From positions 70,658 through 134,657 of the forward strand of contig JAFGKD010000069.1 of assembly GCA_016928775.1 (NCBI GenBank): DNA of 64,000 bases, in the 5' to 3' direction. Positions 1 through 10,282 of this stretch are shown here, one piece after another. The notes below the pieces were generated by a model. The model made no database searches. It was given only the letters and a program-made list of their open reading frames with translations, and was not told where the DNA came from. A program made the position numbers and the translations under genes. Source of the DNA: Candidatus Zhuqueibacterota bacterium (GTDB taxonomy: Bacteria; Zhuqueibacterota; Zhuqueibacteria; Residuimicrobiales; Krinioviventaceae). Numbering within the stretch: the stretch's first letter is position 1; every line of letters starts with the position of its first letter.

Positions 1-1
1 C

Positions 2-697
2 ATCGAAAACAAAGTTCAAGATATCGAAAAGCAAGTTGACAAGATTCAACGGGATGACAAGGATTTACGCATCTTTCTGAGCATGGAAGATCCAGGAGAG
101 GATACGCGTAAGTTGGGACGTGGTGGTCATTCGGAACCCTACTCATTTTATTCGAAATCGGAAGACGAAGCATTACGCAACGCCAATAAAATAAGCCTCT
201 TGCTCGAAGAACTTGACAACCGGATGGATTTTGCCAGCAAAAGTCGACGAGAAATTACATCAAAGTATAATGAAACCGACAAAAAATGGCGCTGCATCCC
301 CTCAGTTAGGCCCATTGAAGGCGGACGAATCACAGACGGTTTTGGCCCCCGAACACACCCAACCCTCGGTATACCACAATTTCATGATGGACTGGATATC
401 GCAGCACCACGCGGTACACCGGTTTATGCCCCCGCGGATGGCAAAGTCACCGAAGTTGTCAGAAAATACCAACCGAATCAAAGCTTTGGAAAGCTGATTG
501 TTATCGATCATGGCAATGGCATTTTTACTCGCTACGCTCACTTGCGCAAAATTGATGTCAATGTTGGCGAAGAAGTCACTCGATTCACCCAAATAGGCCT
601 TGTGGGTGATACGGGACGCACAACGGGTCCACACCTGCATTACGAGGTGGTTGTGAATAATGAACCCGTCAATCCGGTATTTTACATTTTTGAATAA
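2..697 (+). CDS. M23 family metallopeptidase (LytM/EnvC-like); 5' end lies outside the window
   Basis: The frame of ORF 83..697 stays open back to base 2 (IENKVQDIEKQVDKIQRDDKDLRIF, coiled-coil-like). M23 catalytic motifs HDGLDIA (HxxxD) and GPHLHYEV (HxH) are present. Confidence 0.9.
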   Translation: MENKVQDIEKQVDKIQRDDKDLRIFLSMEDPGEDTRKLGRGGHSEPYSFYSKSEDEALRNANKISLLLEELDNRMDFASKSRREITSKYNETDKKWRCIPSVRPIEGGRITDGFGPRTHPTLGIPQFHDGLDIAAPRGTPVYAPADGKVTEVVRKYQPNQSFGKLIVIDHGNGIFTRYAHLRKIDVNVGEEVTRFTQIGLVGDTGRTTGPHLHYEVVVNNEPVNPVFYIFE

Positions 698-717
698 TCA
701 TAATAAAAAGAATTTTC

Positions 718-752
718 AAAGCCTGCCACGCTGTTAGTCGCAGGCTTTTTTT
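718..752 (+). terminator. Rho-independent terminator after the M23 peptidase gene
   Basis: GCCTGC (721-726) pairs with GCAGGC (740-745), with a 13-nt loop. It is preceded by AAA and followed by a T7 run (746-752), about 24 nt after the stop codon. Confidence 0.8.
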
Positions 753-767
753 ATATATCTCTTGGTT

Positions 768-1790
768 ATGTACACACTTTTTCGATTTCTCCAGATACTC
801 CTCTTTTCGATTTTCCTCCAATCATGCCATATTTGCGGTCAAATTCCACAAAACGATATCATAAAAGGAATAAAATGGGGAATCGAAGAAAAATATGATG
901 CTGCTATCTCGCTTTTCGCAGAGTATGCCATCCACAATCCGTATGATCCGGCGCCGCACTTTTATTTGGCAACGATATGGCAATCAAAATGCATGGACTT
1001 TGAAACACACGTCTGGTGTGAATCATTCTACAGAGAAATCGATACAACATTGACATTGTGCGATCAACGCCTTGTTCAACAACCTTTGGATATAGCGACA
1101 CAGTTTTATCGCGCCTCCGCACTTGCCTACAAGAGTTTCCAGATAGCAAGAGAAGGTAAATATCTCAAAGGATTACAATTGGCTTTGCAGGCCATCAAAC
1201 GTCTCGATGCAATAGTCGAACAGGATAGTTCATTTTATGATGCATATCTCGGTATCGGCAGTTATCTCTATTGGCGCAGCTATTTGACCCGACATTTTTC
1301 CTGGCTGCCATTTTTTCATGATTCTCGCGATACAGGAATAGCATTAATTCAAAAATCATTTGAACTTGGCACTATTTCACGCTGGGCAGCTTTATCAAAT
1401 TTAGCGTGGATTTATATACAAGAGGAGCGCTATGAAGACGCCATCCACTGTGCGCAGACAGGATTAGAGGCATTTCCAAACAGCCGGTTCTTCCTGTGGC
1501 CGGCGGGAGACGCTTATTTTCTGCATGGCGACTTTGACGATGCACAAGAAATCTATCGTGTGCTGTTGCAGTCCGTTATAGCAGAGAAATTTAACAATCG
1601 ATACAATGAAACGGTTCTACACCTGAAACTCGCTTTTTGTGCTTTCGAACTTGGGAATTCTGCTGTGGCGCTTTATCACGCCCAGCGAGTTTGTGAGATT
1701 ATTCCGGACGAGAGCGTAAAAAAAAGATTAAAAGAGAAATATAAAGATGCAAACACCCTGATTGCAAAAATCAAGAGGATATCCGAGTAA
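768..1790 (+). CDS. TPR-like repeat lipoprotein, function unknown
   Basis: The ORF track starts at TTG 762, but the ATG at 768 gives MYTLFRFLQILLFSIFLQSC, a signal peptide with a lipobox-like LQSC. The rest is helical-repeat (TPR-like) sequence rich in A/Y/L/W. Confidence 0.6.
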   Translation: MYTLFRFLQILLFSIFLQSCHICGQIPQNDIIKGIKWGIEEKYDAAISLFAEYAIHNPYDPAPHFYLATIWQSKCMDFETHVWCESFYREIDTTLTLCDQRLVQQPLDIATQFYRASALAYKSFQIAREGKYLKGLQLALQAIKRLDAIVEQDSSFYDAYLGIGSYLYWRSYLTRHFSWLPFFHDSRDTGIALIQKSFELGTISRWAALSNLAWIYIQEERYEDAIHCAQTGLEAFPNSRFFLWPAGDAYFLHGDFDDAQEIYRVLLQSVIAEKFNNRYNETVLHLKLAFCAFELGNSAVALYHAQRVCEIIPDESVKKRLKEKYKDANTLIAKIKRISE

Positions 1791-2235
1791 AGCGTCTTTT
1801 CAACCGCAAAGTTATTTCAGTTGCTGCGACGAGCAGAATCCAAACTGGAACCAGGCGTACCGGCAATTCCGGCCAAAACAAGCCTATTTCAAATGACCTC
1901 CAGGAAAAGGGAAAGAACCAATAATATCCGTCCGTGATGTGCTTCTGAAACAGATCGAGAAAAAAATGGCTCAATATGCCGAATAACAGATATTTTATCA
2001 CATGCAAACGAAAAGTCTGGAAAAACTCGGCGAACAGGAGTGTGAACAGGATCATAAAAAGTGGCGTGTGAATAGCGATGGTATAGAGATAAAACTGTGG
2101 GAACATGATATGAATAGGTCGTGCCAAAATGTCCGGCAAAATGGCGCCGAGATAAAAAAACACTCGAAACCGCTGAAAAGAATCAGATCGCATGAGGAAA
2201 TAAGCGGTCGCAGTATGGGTCACAAGATCTGGCAC
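1771..2235 (-). CDS. Membrane-bound metal-dependent hydrolase, YdjM/DUF457-like
   Basis: The N-terminus MPDLVTHTATAYFL matches the family's MxDxxTH start. There are several TM helices and conserved His/Asp positions (ILPDILARPIH, LSHFFLDLF). Confidence 0.6.
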   Translation of the reverse strand: MPDLVTHTATAYFLMRSDSFQRFRVFFYLGAILPDILARPIHIMFPQFYLYTIAIHTPLFMILFTLLFAEFFQTFRLHVIKYLLFGILSHFFLDLFQKHITDGYYWFFPFSWRSFEIGLFWPELPVRLVPVWILLVAATEITLRLKRRFTRISS

Positions 2236-2702
2236 GAACGTCGCTCCTCAAAATAAAACGTTTTGACATTGAAGCGAAACCGGTGGAAAAAATAAGCACC
2301 GATCAAAAGCACCGGGAAAACAGAGAGCCATATTTTTGCGCGACGCTTTTTTGCCACTCTCACTTTTAGAGCATGTAAACTATCCGGCTTGAAAAAGACA
2401 GCGTGCAGATAGACGAATTCTCCAGAAGCAACATGAACATCGGGTGCGGACACCCGTACCTGTTTGCCAAGCTGCTCAATAATAAAACCATCCTTATAGA
2501 CGTCACGCACCGTTGCCTCGTTACCGACGGATATCTTTGTACCATCGTAAAATTCAGGGCGAGACAGGCACATTTGCAGCGTCACATAAGGAAAGTGCAC
2601 ACGACCATACAAGATCAACGCGGCAAGAGAGCACAAATAGACGAAAACGCGAATCCCTCGATACCTGGCAGAGAACACGCTATTTTTCAATAACACCGGC
2701 AA
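2220..2702 (-). CDS. Hypothetical membrane protein (N- and C-terminal TM helices)
   Basis: 160-aa ORF in operon context with no recognisable family. An alternative GTG start at 2678 would remove the 23-nt overlap with the upstream gene. Confidence 0.45.
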   Translation of the reverse strand: MPVLLKNSVFSARYRGIRVFVYLCSLAALILYGRVHFPYVTLQMCLSRPEFYDGTKISVGNEATVRDVYKDGFIIEQLGKQVRVSAPDVHVASGEFVYLHAVFFKPDSLHALKVRVAKKRRAKIWLSVFPVLLIGAYFFHRFRFNVKTFYFEERRSCQIL

Positions 2703-3486
2703 AGACTTTGTTGATTATGTGCAAAATTACAGGGTGCAGATGCGTATTCGAAGCGACTGTATTTCCGGTCTGCAGTACATTATCACCCCCGGCAAAATCG
2801 GTTATTTTTCCGCCAGCTTCCTGCAAAATGATTTGAGAAGCAGCAATATCCCAGGCGTGCAGACCCAATTCCCAAAATCCGTCATATCGACCACAGGCGA
2901 TGTAACAAAGATCAATAGCAGCAGATCCGGCACGACGGATACCGCTCACCTGCGCAAAAAGCTGCTTGAAAGATTCCTGGTAAAGATCGATATAATCTTT
3001 CATGCGAAAAGGATACCCCGTCGCCAACAATGCGCGTTCTGGATTCCGAATATCCGAGACACGAATAGCATGTTCATTCAAAAATGCACCACCATCGGCT
3101 TCGGCGTAAAACAACTCTTCTCGCGTCGGATCATAAACGACACCAAGAACCATTGTTCCATTATGTTCCAATCCTATGGAAACAGAAAAAACCGGCACAC
3201 CGTGAATATAGTTCGTGGTGCCATCGAGCGGATCGATCATCCATCGATAGCCACCCGCGTCCTGCTGTATCGTCTCCTCGGCGTAGATTTTGTGATCGGG
3301 AAAATGGTCACGAATGACTTTGATGATGTGTTGTTCTGATTCCTTGTCAATTTTGGTGACAAAATCTGACTTTTCTTTGATTTCTATCTCCGCGTGGCTA
3401 ATTTTGCCAAAATGTTCCATGAGAAAAGAACCTGCTTCCCGAGCAGCACGAATGGCAATTTGGCCAAATTTACTCTTGTATCGCAT
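2680..3486 (-). CDS. suhB: Inositol monophosphatase family protein (SuhB-like)
   Basis: IMPase motifs WMIDPLDGTTNY and WDIAASQIILQEAGG are present, and the length is typical at 268 aa. Confidence 0.9.
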   Translation of the reverse strand: MRYKSKFGQIAIRAAREAGSFLMEHFGKISHAEIEIKEKSDFVTKIDKESEQHIIKVIRDHFPDHKIYAEETIQQDAGGYRWMIDPLDGTTNYIHGVPVFSVSIGLEHNGTMVLGVVYDPTREELFYAEADGGAFLNEHAIRVSDIRNPERALLATGYPFRMKDYIDLYQESFKQLFAQVSGIRRAGSAAIDLCYIACGRYDGFWELGLHAWDIAASQIILQEAGGKITDFAGGDNVLQTGNTVASNTHLHPVILHIINKVFAGVIEK

Positions 3487-5863
3487 TTGTGATTTTCTTC
3501 TTTCCCTTTAACTCCACCACAGTCACACCAGAGTCGCCTTCATTCCAATAGCCCAGACGAAATTCCTTGACTTGTGCATGCTTTTGCAAATAATTACCGA
3601 CGACCTTTCGCAGTTTTCCGGTGCCTTTTCCGTGAATGATATGAACGTACTCAAAACCGGCTAACAACGCCTCATCAAGGAATTGATCCAAAACGTTAAT
3701 CGCCTCTTCACCCAACAAACCCCGGAGATCGACTTCCCGGCTATAGTGCTTGTCAGAGGCGACGTTAAGTCGAACCATGGTTTTGGGTTGCCGCTTAGTA
3801 TCATCTATTTCGAGCTCACTCGCCGGCACACTGGCTTTCATCCCGCCATCAAATTGTACAGTAACTCGTCGCTTTTTATCAGGGTGATTCATCACTTGAC
3901 CGCGGGCGCCACTTATGCGCCATATGACAAAATCACCTTTCTTTATCGCCTCATCCTGAACCGGTGTCGCAGGCGTGGTTTTAATCTGTTCCTGTATCGT
4001 TTTTATTTTTTCTTTTTGTCGTGCGACGTTCTGGCGGGCCATTTTCACTTGTTGTTTTTGAGCATTTGATTCACGTATCTCTCGAATCGCTTGCTCAATA
4101 GCCGCGTTTGACTCCTGCAACATTGCTTCGGCTTCCTGCACCGCCTGCCGCTTTATCGCATTCGTCTCTCTTTTTAGTGCCTCGTTGCGCTCGGTGTAGA
4201 GCTTCAGCAGCCCCTTATATTCGGTCTCTTTAATATTCGCTTCCCGGGAGAGCCGAGTATACTGTTGCACACGCTCTTCCAGCTCAAGAATCAAGCCCTC
4301 AAGTTTGTTTTTGTGCGAGCCAATCATAATTCGCGCGCGATCCGTCACCTCTACGGGCAACCCCATACGCTGTGCAATTTCAAAGGCGTAGCTTGAGCCC
4401 GGAATGCCCGTTCTGAATCGATATGTCGGTCGCAACGATTCGATGTCAAATTCGAGGGAGGCGTTCTCAACACCTTCAGTCTGATAAGCAAATGCCTTTA
4501 GCGGACTTTGATGGGTTGTGACGATCGAGAGGCTTTTTCTTTTATTCAGCCGCTCCAGCAGGGCGATGGCCAAAGCCGTGCCCTCCTCCGGATCAGTGGC
4601 TGCACCAATCTCATCAATCAATACAAGACTCTGCGCATCCGCTTTTTCATCAATCTCTTTCAGTGCCTGAAGATGCGAGGAAAAAGTTGATAAATCGTTC
4701 TCTATCGATTGCTGATCGCCAATATCGGCAAATATTTTCCTCATCAGGCCAACTTTTGAGTGTGGTTGTGCCGGAATATGAAGGCCACAACTTGTCATAA
4801 GCGTCAGCAAACCCACTGTTTTCAAGGCGACAGTCTTGCCCCCGGCATTTGGACCGCTTATGATCAACGTGTGATTTTTGTCGCCGAGAGTGATATCCAG
4901 CGACACAACATTTTTTTCCCCCATTCGCAACAGCAGCAACGGATGTTGCGCATGAACCAGGGAAATAATCGGATTGTTGTCAAGTTCTGGTTGGAATGCA
5001 TTCAGGACTTGAGATAATCGAGCCTTGGCATGGATAAAATCCAGCTCGCCGAAAAGCAGCAGATTTTCTGCAAGAGCGGTGTGCTCTTCTCGTATCGCGT
5101 TGGTCAGCTGCCTCAAGATGCGCTCAATTTCTTTCGCTTCCTCGGCCTCCAGCTCACGAATGCGATTATTATCCTCCACAACACTCAGCGGTTCAATGAA
5201 AAAGCTGGCACCTGTAGCCGACTGGTCGTGCACCAATCCTTTCACTTTTCGTTTATGCTCATCTTTGACCACCAGCACCAGGCGACCATTGCGCACAGCG
5301 ATAATGTTTTCCTGCAACAGACCTTTTTCAGCATAGTTTTTAAGCAGGGATTCCATTTTCTTTCGAGCGGATGTTTGGGCACGATCGATACTTTTACGAA
5401 TGGAGGCCAACTCTGGACTCGCGCTGCTTTTAATTTGAAAAGTGACTGAATCGATGCACTGATCAATTGTTTTTTCCAAACTTTGTAGTGAAACGAGCCG
5501 GGAAGTAATCTCTCCAAGGACAGGTATTCGTTCCTGACGTTCGCGAAAATAGTTCGTCAAGCGGCGGATGATGATGATAAAGTGTAAAACATCGGCTATT
5601 TCTTCCGGCTGCAGCATACTACCAACAAGCCGGGCTTTTTCCAAAATGTGATGTATATCAGCGATTTCATCGAACGGTGGCGGCTGATCATAGTCACTGA
5701 GGTCGCGCATTTCGGTGATCTGATTCAGCGATTTTTCTACATCAGCAAGGTTCGTAAAAGGCTGGATATTATGGATTCGTTCCCGACCCAGGTGTGAGGC
5801 GGCCAATCCAGCCAAATGCTCCCGCAGTATATCAAATTCCAAAGTTTTATAAAGGGAAATCAA
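3470..5863 (-). CDS. mutS2: Endonuclease MutS2 (MutS ATPase domain plus C-terminal Smr domain)
   Basis: Walker A GPNAGGKTVALKTVGL, DEIGAATDPEEG, a long coiled-coil linker, and a C-terminal Smr domain (EVDLRGLLGEEA ... IIHGKGTGKLR). Confidence 0.95.
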   Translation of the reverse strand: MISLYKTLEFDILREHLAGLAASHLGRERIHNIQPFTNLADVEKSLNQITEMRDLSDYDQPPPFDEIADIHHILEKARLVGSMLQPEEIADVLHFIIIIRRLTNYFRERQERIPVLGEITSRLVSLQSLEKTIDQCIDSVTFQIKSSASPELASIRKSIDRAQTSARKKMESLLKNYAEKGLLQENIIAVRNGRLVLVVKDEHKRKVKGLVHDQSATGASFFIEPLSVVEDNNRIRELEAEEAKEIERILRQLTNAIREEHTALAENLLLFGELDFIHAKARLSQVLNAFQPELDNNPIISLVHAQHPLLLLRMGEKNVVSLDITLGDKNHTLIISGPNAGGKTVALKTVGLLTLMTSCGLHIPAQPHSKVGLMRKIFADIGDQQSIENDLSTFSSHLQALKEIDEKADAQSLVLIDEIGAATDPEEGTALAIALLERLNKRKSLSIVTTHQSPLKAFAYQTEGVENASLEFDIESLRPTYRFRTGIPGSSYAFEIAQRMGLPVEVTDRARIMIGSHKNKLEGLILELEERVQQYTRLSREANIKETEYKGLLKLYTERNEALKRETNAIKRQAVQEAEAMLQESNAAIEQAIREIRESNAQKQQVKMARQNVARQKEKIKTIQEQIKTTPATPVQDEAIKKGDFVIWRISGARGQVMNHPDKKRRVTVQFDGGMKASVPASELEIDDTKRQPKTMVRLNVASDKHYSREVDLRGLLGEEAINVLDQFLDEALLAGFEYVHIIHGKGTGKLRKVVGNYLQKHAQVKEFRLGYWNEGDSGVTVVELKGKKKITNAIQE

Positions 5864-5896
5864 TTTATCTCTTTCATAGCCAACCGGCAGCTGTCT

Positions 5897-6403
5897 TTAG
5901 CTCAGTCCATGCAAAATCGTTTCGACGTTGGGCACCTTTTCGACAACAAAATTAACGACATATACAGCAAAATCCTTGATTTGGGCATAAACAGCGCCAC
6001 CCTCAGCATAGGATTCGATAGTGGGCTGAAAATCTGTTGTCGAAATGAGGAGCAGCACAACACTCAGAAAGAAAGCGCCTTTGAAAAAGCCCAAAACGCC
6101 GGCCAAGATATTAAATATCACGGCAGTTGCTCCTTTTGGTGCTTCAGGAATAAGCTTTATGAGCCCCATGATGAGCAACCGAAAAAAGATCACAATTATC
6201 AGAAAAGAAACATACGGGCTAAGCTGGGCGATCTGAGGCAATTTATCCGATAACACGTCGCCGATCGGTGTGCAAAGTCCTATTGCAGCGATAACAGCGA
6301 CAATCCAGCCGATGGCTCCCAAGAGCTCCCCCTTCACTCCAGCTTTAAAGCTGCGCACGCAAAAAAGCACCAATACAATTACAATGACCAGATCAACTAT
6401 CAT
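5897..6403 (-). CDS. cvpA: CvpA family membrane protein
   Basis: The N-terminus MIVDLVIVIVLVLFCVRSFKAGVKGELL and the four-TM layout are typical of CvpA. Adjacency to mutS2 is a common synteny. Confidence 0.85.
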   Translation of the reverse strand: MIVDLVIVIVLVLFCVRSFKAGVKGELLGAIGWIVAVIAAIGLCTPIGDVLSDKLPQIAQLSPYVSFLIIVIFFRLLIMGLIKLIPEAPKGATAVIFNILAGVLGFFKGAFFLSVVLLLISTTDFQPTIESYAEGGAVYAQIKDFAVYVVNFVVEKVPNVETILHGLS

Positions 6404-6497
6404 TTCGACATCTCGCTCATGACGATTTTAAATGAAAAAAGTGAATAAGAGGAAGATAATCCTTATTCACTTTCATGGATCGAAAGGAAAAATTCTC

Positions 6498-6944
6498 TTA
6501 ACCAGCCAGTTTCTTCCGTACGATTGCATTGATTTCTTTGCCGTCTGCTCGCCCGCTGGCCATTTTTATGGCAACTGGCATAACTTTCCCCAAATCCTGC
6601 ATGGTCTGCGCATCAACCTGTTTGATGGCAGCATCAACAATCTTTTCGATTTCTTCAGGATTGAGTGGCTGCGGCAAATACGATTGGATCACTTTGAGCT
6701 CAGCCTCTTCTTTTGCAACCAGATCTTCTCTGCCGGCCTGGGCATAAGCCTCGATGGATTCTTTTCTTTTTTTAGCAGCCTTTGTCAAAACGGCGATTTC
6801 TTCGCTCTCGGTCAATTCTTTCCGCGTATTGATCGATTCATCTTTTATATAGCCACGCAACAATCGTATCGTGGAGAGCCGGTCTTTCTCACCCGCTTTC
6901 ATCGCGGTTTTCATGTCTTGTGTCAATTTTTCCAACAGGCTCAT
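6498..6944 (-). CDS. GatB/YqeY domain protein
   Basis: MSLLEKLTQDMKTAMKAGEKDRLSTIRLL is the canonical YqeY N-terminus. The gene is 148 aa and lies downstream of rpsU. Confidence 0.9.
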   Translation of the reverse strand: MSLLEKLTQDMKTAMKAGEKDRLSTIRLLRGYIKDESINTRKELTESEEIAVLTKAAKKRKESIEAYAQAGREDLVAKEEAELKVIQSYLPQPLNPEEIEKIVDAAIKQVDAQTMQDLGKVMPVAIKMASGRADGKEINAIVRKKLAG

Positions 6945-6978
6945 CTATTTCGTTCCCGCCAAAAAATAAGGCTATCAG

Positions 6979-7173
6979 CTATTTCTCCATCATTTGCAGC
7001 TTGCGTAATTTGCGACGCGCTACATTCATTTTTCTCCGTCTGGCTTCGCTGGGTTTCTCATATTGCTGATGTTTTCGAATATCAGACATGAGACCCGCTT
7101 TTTCACACGATTTTGTAAAACGTCGCAAAGCCTTTTCAAATGATTCATTTTCACGAATTCTAACTGCAGGCAT
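6979..7173 (-). CDS. rpsU: 30S ribosomal protein S21
   Basis: MPAVRIRENESFEKALRRFTKSCEKAGL...YEKPSEARRRK; 64 aa. Confidence 0.95.
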   Translation of the reverse strand: MPAVRIRENESFEKALRRFTKSCEKAGLMSDIRKHQQYEKPSEARRRKMNVARRKLRKLQMMEK

Positions 7174-7270
7174 TCAGTGTTCAACCTCCTTTCTTTTTTT
7201 AATATCGATACTAAGTGATTAAAAATATATAAATTTTGCCCTTCAAAATCAAGTTTTTTATGCTGAATAA

Positions 7271-7612
7271 TTAACCGGGAGGCCAATGCATACGACGTCC
7301 TCCCAACAAATGACAGTGAATATGATAAATCGATTGGCCGCCATTCTTGTTGCAGTTCATCACCAGACGATAGCCGCTCTCCGAGAGCCCTAATTGAGCT
7401 GCAATGAGTTGTGATCGAAGAAGGATTTTTCCCAAAATTTCGGTATCGCTCTCTTCCGCATCGTTCAGAGTGGAAATATGCTTGCGCGGAATAAGCAGCA
7501 CATGATACGGTGCCTGAGGTGCGATGTCATGAAACGCCAAAATTTCATCATCCTGATAGATAATTCTCGCGGGAACTTTGTTTTCAGCTATCTTGCAAAA
7601 TATGCAGTTCAT
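7271..7612 (-). CDS. HIT family (histidine triad) nucleotide hydrolase
   Basis: CIFCKI near the N-terminus and the histidine triad HIHCHLLGG. Confidence 0.9.
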   Translation of the reverse strand: MNCIFCKIAENKVPARIIYQDDEILAFHDIAPQAPYHVLLIPRKHISTLNDAEESDTEILGKILLRSQLIAAQLGLSESGYRLVMNCNKNGGQSIYHIHCHLLGGRRMHWPPG

Positions 7613-7647
7613 TTTTACCTCAGCTTACTGTTTGCTGCTACCACTCT

Positions 7648-8370
7648 TTAGCCCAGTTCGTTGGCAGCACTCAAAATTTTTATCGCAGCAACAAGCGCTG
7701 CCGTCTCACTCCGCAATCTGCGTTTTCCGAGATGAATAGGGAAAAGATGTGCGTCCATGGCCATTTTTATCTCATCCGCCGTAAATCCACCTTCAGGGCC
7801 AATAAATATGGCGATATTGCTATAATTGCGCGCTTGCGTTATATCTTGTGCAGCGTCAACTTTTTCGTGGGCAATAAAGGCGATATCAAAATTATTGTCA
7901 TATAAAATACGCTCAAAGGTTTGCGGCAATCGAATGTCCGGACATCGGGATCGGCCGCACTGTTTGGTCGCAGCAAGCGCTTTGTGACGCCATCGTTCAA
8001 TACGAGAAGTTGGATCGACAATGCTACGCTGCGTCAGAACAGGCTGAAAGACCGAGACACCAATTTCAGTGCCTTTCTCAATAACAAGATCAAATGAAGC
8101 CCCCTTGGCTACTGCTTGGACGATGGTTAGATGGAGCGTTGGCTCGCCAACCTCCTTCTCGACTTGTTCGAGTGAGGCTGTAAGACGATTTTTTGTCATG
8201 TGGCGAATGAATCCCTGATACAACCCGCCACATCCGTCAATGGCAGCAATGCTATCGCCCTCTTTTTTGCGAAGGACATGCGCATGTCTGCATTCATCGT
8301 CCGTCAGAACAAAAGAATCGGCATAGATATGTTCCGGTGTGACGTAAAAGTGTTGGAAATCCGTCCTCAT
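7648..8370 (-). CDS. rsmE: 16S rRNA (uracil1498-N3)-methyltransferase RsmE
   Basis: RHAHVLRKKEGD and IGPEGGFTADE motifs. I prefer the internal ATG at 8370-8368 (MRTDFQHFYV), which overlaps the upstream stop as TGATG. The track ORF extends to 8412. Confidence 0.88.
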   Translation of the reverse strand: MRTDFQHFYVTPEHIYADSFVLTDDECRHAHVLRKKEGDSIAAIDGCGGLYQGFIRHMTKNRLTASLEQVEKEVGEPTLHLTIVQAVAKGASFDLVIEKGTEIGVSVFQPVLTQRSIVDPTSRIERWRHKALAATKQCGRSRCPDIRLPQTFERILYDNNFDIAFIAHEKVDAAQDITQARNYSNIAIFIGPEGGFTADEIKMAMDAHLFPIHLGKRRLRSETAALVAAIKILSAANELG

Positions 8371-9716
8371 CAAAATGCCACTTGGGTATCGACGATCAAT
8401 TGCCCTTGCCAATTTGAATTCAGGCCGTATTCGATCCGCAAAACATCAATATAGGGTAGATGCAAATGCAAACCACATCCCCAGCCCGATAAAAAGTTTG
8501 AAGGGATATTCTGTTCATTTTTGAACCAGGCCGCGCCTACGTCGTAAAATACCCCGCCACTGATACCAAAAGGCAAGTCATGTGAATATTGTCCAAACAT
8601 CGCCGCGCCATAATCGACATCAAGATATTGAATCGGAAGGAGCGGAAAGCGCAATTCCATCATAAAAATGAGACGACTATCCCCTTCCATGACATCATAA
8701 AATTGACCCCGAATCCGCTCCGAATAGCCCAAATAATAATGCGAGAAGACCGGTATATCGCCAAATGATAAATCAGTATTCATTCGAAATACCAATGACA
8801 AATCTTTATACAGACTAAAATATCGACGTACATCCGCACCGAGTTGGTAATAATTGAGCTCTTTTGGATAATAAAAATTGTTGAGACCTAAAAAAAGCAG
8901 CCATCCTTCTTTGGGATACTCATATAAATCACGGGTATCGTATTGAAATCCAATACCCATGGATGGCAGGTGCTGGTAACTATGTTCAGTTGGCATCAAA
9001 TGTACATAGTCCTGCGGATATCGTATGTAATCATAGCCAACCGCGACAGTTGAATATGTATGATAGCCCCACCTTTTGCCAAAGGTGAAAAGAAATCCGC
9101 GATGAAATTCATCAAAGCGCTGAAGAGTTGTCAACGTCTTACTTTTTATAGTCATGGAATGCACTGCGACTTTATAATAAAACTGGCGATCCCCGCCAAA
9201 CCATGGATTGTAGTAGGATGCCACCCCGCCGGGATTGTAACCCAGCCAGGCTTCAGCCAACAGTTTATTGTTCATGCCACGAATGTTGTTATGGATCACA
9301 CCTGCACCATAAGACCATTTTTCCAGTGCCCAGGATCGTTCATTGCGAAACAACAGCGGGTAGGGAAAAAACGGCCAACGTTCGGCGACGACAATAATCA
9401 ATCCTACCCGTTCGTCCTTATCTTTGGCCGGGTAAATTTCGACGCGAGTAAAAAGCAAAAGATTCTGGATTCGTTTTTTGTCTTCTCTGACCAGATCGTC
9501 GTCAAAATGTGCGCCGGTTTTTGTCTTCATTTCACGAAGAATGACGGCATCCTTGGTTTTTGCATTGCCGACAATAATGATTTTTGAGATCGTTTTTCCC
9601 TGGTATAAACTATTGTCGTGCTGATCTTCGCTCCGTGCAAAACCAGGTTCGTATACAAGAAAGAAAAATAGAAATAAAGTGATTCTTTTAAAATTTAGCC
9701 CGTGTGTTGAGATCAT
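8370..9716 (-). CDS. Omp85/BamA-family outer-membrane protein (one POTRA domain plus beta-barrel)
   Basis: Signal peptide, then a POTRA-like segment (ISKIIIVGNAKTKDAVILREMKTKTGAHFDDDLVREDKKRIQNLLLF), then an aromatic-rich barrel ending in VAF. Confidence 0.8.
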   Translation of the reverse strand: MISTHGLNFKRITLFLFFFLVYEPGFARSEDQHDNSLYQGKTISKIIIVGNAKTKDAVILREMKTKTGAHFDDDLVREDKKRIQNLLLFTRVEIYPAKDKDERVGLIIVVAERWPFFPYPLLFRNERSWALEKWSYGAGVIHNNIRGMNNKLLAEAWLGYNPGGVASYYNPWFGGDRQFYYKVAVHSMTIKSKTLTTLQRFDEFHRGFLFTFGKRWGYHTYSTVAVGYDYIRYPQDYVHLMPTEHSYQHLPSMGIGFQYDTRDLYEYPKEGWLLFLGLNNFYYPKELNYYQLGADVRRYFSLYKDLSLVFRMNTDLSFGDIPVFSHYYLGYSERIRGQFYDVMEGDSRLIFMMELRFPLLPIQYLDVDYGAAMFGQYSHDLPFGISGGVFYDVGAAWFKNEQNIPSNFLSGWGCGLHLHLPYIDVLRIEYGLNSNWQGQLIVDTQVAF

Positions 9717-9775
9717 AATGCAATGTAAAACAAATTCTTGGTCAAGGTGATAAAAGATCGAGACAGATGAAAGGC

Positions 9776-10282
9776 CTAAAGATATTTCACCAGAATAACT
9801 AATGTCCCTTTTTCGGAAAATTTAAATTTAACCTCATCCATCAGCATTTTGACGATAAAGATACCGCGCCCGCTATCTTTGTAAAGATTTTCTGGGTCAA
9901 GAGGATCAGCAATTTTTTCAGGTTCAAAACCTGGACCTGAATCACGTACTGTCACCTTCATTTTGGATGGATATTTCTCAAATGTGACGGTGACTTTTTT
10001 TGCAGGATCATTCTTGTTGCCATGTCGAATGGCATTATTCACCATTTCGGTCGTTGCGATGCCAAAATTTTCGGTATTGTCCTCAGAGATTCCGGCTTTT
10101 TTGCAAAACTTTTCCAGTTCTCTTTCAACGATATGTATTTCCGATGGCTTTGAGCTAATATTCATAGCAAACGTATTTTCCGGATGCAAAATCAGCCTCT
10201 CACTTTGTTCTTTTAAATGCTGCAAGTCTAAACCATTATTTGAACTGGAGTATTTCGATAATATATAAATATTCTCAATCAA
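9776..10282 (-). CDS. RsbW/SpoIIAB-like anti-sigma factor serine kinase (HATPase_c_2)
   Basis: N-box EMVNNAIRHGN, G1 box VRDSGPGF and G2 box SGRGIFIVKMLMDEV. The start is uncertain: the track uses TTG 10282, while TTG 10225 or ATG 10165 would give the usual 130-150 aa. Confidence 0.75.
   Translation of the reverse strand: MIENIYILSKYSSSNNGLDLQHLKEQSERLILHPENTFAMNISSKPSEIHIVERELEKFCKKAGISEDNTENFGIATTEMVNNAIRHGNKNDPAKKVTVTFEKYPSKMKVTVRDSGPGFEPEKIADPLDPENLYKDSGRGIFIVKMLMDEVKFKFSEKGTLVILVKYL

Noticed and set aside
6432-7091. 219-aa plus-strand ORF.
   Set aside because: It lies entirely antisense to the well-supported yqeY and rpsU genes and has low-complexity, F/L/R-rich content. The same reasoning rejects other long antisense or alternative-frame ORFs: 2719..3339, 9060..9587, 10334..10942, 33445..34224, 44290..44802, 46774..47337, 47752..48246, 51739..52245, 54307..54855, 55967..56500 and 59701..60333.
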